Of a stretch of 64,000 nt of DNA, positions 60,791 to 64,000 are shown piece after piece. Below the pieces are notes generated by a model. That model saw only the letters and a list, made by a program, of their open reading frames with translations, ran no database searches and was not told the origin of the DNA. The translations under genes and the position numbers were made by a program. Numbering within the stretch: position 1 is the first letter of the stretch; each line of letters begins with the position of its first letter. The stretch lies in the NCBI GenBank assembly GCA_044233485.1, contig JBIIJY010000001.1, positions 80,701 to 144,700 on the forward strand, written 5' to 3'. The stretch is from Minisyncoccia bacterium. GTDB lineage: Bacteria > Patescibacteriota > Minisyncoccia > Phycocordibacterales > UBA6065.

Positions 60791-63700
60791 TTATTTAGTT
60801 TCTGACACTACTTCACTATCCTCGCCGCCAGAGAGCTCAACATCGAGAGCAAGACCTCGAAGACTGTTGACGAGCACTGAGAATGAGGCTGGTGTATTTG
60901 GCTGTGAAAGCGGTTCTCCACGAACAATCGCGTCGAAAGCCTGTGAACGACCGACAATATCGTCGGACTTAATCGTCAACACTTCACGAAGTGTATAGGC
61001 CGCTCCGTGACCCAAGAGTGCCCACACTTCCATTTCTCCGAATCGCTGACCACCGTTTTGTGCCTTACCACCGAGAGGCTGCTGAGTAATCATTGAGTAT
61101 GGACCGATAGATCGCATGTGGATCTTGTCTTCCACCATGTGGTGCAGTTTCAAGATATACATGTATCCGATCGCGACTGGCTGCTTGAATTTCTCACCAG
61201 TTCGTCCATCAAAGAGTTCAACTTTTCCTGATTCGTTGAATCCAGCTTCGACAAGCTCTTTCTTAATTTCAGTATCTGTCGCTCCCATGAATGGAGGAAT
61301 GATTGCCTGATAGTTGAGCGTATGTGCCGCAAGACCCAAGTGAAGTTCAAGAATCTGACCAAGGTTCATACGACTAGGCACACCAAGCGGCGTCAAAATC
61401 ATATCAACTGGAGATCCATCAGCCATGTGTGGCATATCTTCTTCTGGGAGTACTCGTGAGATAACACCTTTGTTTCCGTGTCGTCCCGCAAGCTTGTCAC
61501 CCACTGAGATCGCTCGAAGCTCTGCAACCTCGATGTGAATTCGCTTGATAATACCTGATTCAAGCTTATCTCCACGTTCTCGTGAGAATATCTTTACGCC
61601 GATCACACGTCCTCGCTTGCCACCTTCCATTCGCTTTGACGTATCTTTTACATCACGAGCCTTCTCTCCAAAGATTGATCGGAGGAGTCGCTCTTCTGGA
61701 GTGAGTTGAGTCTCACCCTTTGGAGTGATTTTACCAACGAGAATATCTCCTGCTCGTACTTCAGCTCCGATTCGCACGACACCGTCAGCGTCGAGGTTTC
61801 GAAGTTTATACTCACCGACGTTTGGAATATCACAGGTGGTTACTTCAGGGCCAAGTTTTGTATCACGGACATTGACCACGAACTCTTCAATATGAATCGA
61901 AGTGAATTTACTTTCTTTGACGAGCTTCTCTGAAAGAATGATCGCATCTTCGTAGTTTGATCCAGACCATGTCATGAAAGCGATTCGGATATTTTGTCCG
62001 AGTGCCATCTGACCATTGTCAGTAGATGAAGCATCGGCCAAGAGATCTCCCTTTGAAACCTTGTCACCAACATTGACTACTGGTCGATGATGGAATGAAG
62101 TTGCACCGTTTGTTCGTTCAAAGTTCGAAAGAATGAATTCAAACTCCTTACCCTTTGCATTCTTGAGAGTAATCGCTCGGGCATCAACACGTGCAATAAC
62201 ACCATCTTCTGGAGCGAGAATGAGACGACCTGAGTCTCGAGCAGCCTTCTCTTCGATACCGGTCGCTACGAGTGGTGCTTCTGGGATAATACAAGGCACC
62301 GCTTGTTTCTGCATGTTCGATCCCATGAGCGCTCGGTTTGCCTCATCGTGGTTGAGGAACGGAATCATGTTTGTCGCAATCGAGAATGCCTGAGATGTTG
62401 CAACATCGATGTAATCAACCTCTGATCGCTTACATACCGCTGGCTCTCCATGAAGTCGTACCTCTACTTCATCGTTGGTAATTTTTCCACTCGCTTCTAC
62501 TGGAGTAGCCGCGTGTGCAATTCGAGCATTTTCTTCTTCAAGGGCGTTGAGATAGACAATCTCTTCAGTCACTTTACCACCCTTTACTACCGCATACGGA
62601 GTCTCAATCATTCCGAAGTTATTGATCTTTGCATACGTTGAGAGACGCAAAATAAGACCGATGTTTGGACCTTCGGGAGTATGAATCGGACACAAACGTC
62701 CGTAGTGAGATGGATGAACGTCACGCACTTCAATACCAGCTCGATCTCGTGAGAGACCACCTGGACCGAGAGCTGAGAGTGTTCGGAGATGCTCGATTTC
62801 AGTGAGGATATTTTCCTGCTGCATGAACTGAGAAAGCTGGTTTGTCGTGAAGAACTCCTTGAGTCGTGCCTGGAGTGGTCGAGGAGAAATGAATTGCATT
62901 GGCATCGTGATGTCTGGCTCACTTGTCGACATACGATCCATAACGTTTCGCTTGATCTGCATGAGACCAATACGAAGTTTTGCCTGCATGAGCTCACCGA
63001 CATATCGAACACGTCGTGAACCGAGGTGGTCGATATCATCGTGCTCAGCGTCAGGGTTGTTGTTCAAGAATGAAATATGCGAAACGATCGAAGCAACATC
63101 GTCTGCAGAAATAGTCATTCGAGCAAGCTCCTTATCTGTCATTGGTTTTCCGAAACGATTGTTGAATCGGAAACGCCCTACCTTCGAGAGATCATAACGA
63201 TCACTTGAGAACAAGCCACTGACGAATTCACGAGCATTGTCAGCAGAAGCGAGATCACCATCTCGAAGCTTCTTATAGATTTCGACATACGCCTCTTCAA
63301 CAGTCTTTACACTGTCTTTCGCAAGAGTAAGCTCAATGACACGTCGAGCTGATTCATTACCCTCAAAGAGTTTGAGGATCTCTGCATCAGTCTTTGCACC
63401 AAGCACACGGAGAAGTGTGGTGACTGGAAACTTTCGCTTTTTATCAATACGAACAAAGATAGTCTTATCTATATCATTATCGATTTCTGTCCACACACCT
63501 CGAGCAGGGATGATTTTTGCACCGAATACTCGAATGCCTTTTACATCATTTTCAGTAAAGAAGACACCGAATGATCGTGCGAGCTGTGGAACGATAACAC
63601 GTTCAATACCGTTAATGATGAATGTCCCCTGTGGAGTCATCATCGGGAAGTCTGCCAAAAAGAGTTCTTGCTCTTTATAGGTACCGAGAGCCTTATTTTT

Positions 63701-63973
63701 AAGAGCTACTCGTACTTTGAGCGGAGCCTCAAAGTTTGTCTTATTAATCTTTGCGTGACGAATATCGTACTTTGGCTCAGCTAATTCAAACCCCACAAAT
63801 GAGAGTTCGAATTTTTTCTCTGAATAGTCCTTGATTGATTGAAACTCTGAGAAGAGCTCTTTCAATCCTTTCTCTGTGAGCCATACAAATGAATCTCGCT
63901 GTGCCTGTGTCAGGTCAGGGATATCCATCAATGGCTTTTTATACTTTCCGAAAAACTTTTGCTTCAGTTTCAT
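60791..63973 (-). CDS. rpoB: RNA polymerase beta subunit
   Basis: FIINGIERV, HYGRLCP..TPEGPNIGL, GDKLAGRHGNKG, GGQRFGEME. Confidence 0.99.
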   Translation of the reverse strand: MKLKQKFFGKYKKPLMDIPDLTQAQRDSFVWLTEKGLKELFSEFQSIKDYSEKKFELSFVGFELAEPKYDIRHAKINKTNFEAPLKVRVALKNKALGTYKEQELFLADFPMMTPQGTFIINGIERVIVPQLARSFGVFFTENDVKGIRVFGAKIIPARGVWTEIDNDIDKTIFVRIDKKRKFPVTTLLRVLGAKTDAEILKLFEGNESARRVIELTLAKDSVKTVEEAYVEIYKKLRDGDLASADNAREFVSGLFSSDRYDLSKVGRFRFNNRFGKPMTDKELARMTISADDVASIVSHISFLNNNPDAEHDDIDHLGSRRVRYVGELMQAKLRIGLMQIKRNVMDRMSTSEPDITMPMQFISPRPLQARLKEFFTTNQLSQFMQQENILTEIEHLRTLSALGPGGLSRDRAGIEVRDVHPSHYGRLCPIHTPEGPNIGLILRLSTYAKINNFGMIETPYAVVKGGKVTEEIVYLNALEEENARIAHAATPVEASGKITNDEVEVRLHGEPAVCKRSEVDYIDVATSQAFSIATNMIPFLNHDEANRALMGSNMQKQAVPCIIPEAPLVATGIEEKAARDSGRLILAPEDGVIARVDARAITLKNAKGKEFEFILSNFERTNGATSFHHRPVVNVGDKVSKGDLLADASSTDNGQMALGQNIRIAFMTWSGSNYEDAIILSEKLVKESKFTSIHIEEFVVNVRDTKLGPEVTTCDIPNVGEYKLRNLDADGVVRIGAEVRAGDILVGKITPKGETQLTPEERLLRSIFGEKARDVKDTSKRMEGGKRGRVIGVKIFSRERGDKLESGIIKRIHIEVAELRAISVGDKLAGRHGNKGVISRVLPEEDMPHMADGSPVDMILTPLGVPSRMNLGQILELHLGLAAHTLNYQAIIPPFMGATDTEIKKELVEAGFNESGKVELFDGRTGEKFKQPVAIGYMYILKLHHMVEDKIHMRSIGPYSMITQQPLGGKAQNGGQRFGEMEVWALLGHGAAYTLREVLTIKSDDIVGRSQAFDAIVRGEPLSQPNTPASFSVLVNSLRGLALDVELSGGEDSEVVSETK

Positions 63974-64000
63974 GTGTGTCAGTAATTACTTCTTGTGTAT

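Overview
Chromosomal segment of a small-genome bacterium, most likely Patescibacteria/CPR (Parcubacteria-like). This is inferred from the gene set: information processing, repair and tRNA modification genes, no biosynthetic pathways, shortened UvrA/DnaX/ValS, and few Shine-Dalgarno sites. Genetic code 11 fits. The backbone carries uvrC(partial)/uvrA/uvrB, tgt, trhO, a DEAD-box helicase, dnaX, dus, serS, dprA-topA, def-fmt, an ABC transporter, typA, valS, murE, truB, hisS, a UvrD-nuclease fusion and rpoB-rpoC-dnaG-rpoD. It also has three tRNAs (Gln-CTG, Phe-GAA, Arg-CCT) and a probable 6S RNA. Orphan genes with their own promoter and terminator are scattered between these. Main points of interest: (1) orphan genes repeatedly bracketed by 30-60 bp direct repeats of a terminator, a gene 3' end or a tRNA 3' end, with no recombinase in view; (2) structured elements built from duplicated and inverted tRNA 3' ends at two tRNAs; (3) a leader-peptide 1:2/2:3/3:4 attenuator downstream of tgt; (4) a probable remote DGR target gene; (5) a membrane bPH2-Schlafen/AlbA_2 fusion; (6) a secreted protein with a Verrucomicrobia-like C-terminal 'RFYR' module; (7) a tRNA-Gln islet with ADP-ribosyltransferase-like and kinase genes. 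All family calls come from motif recognition by eye; no database searches or folding programs were run.
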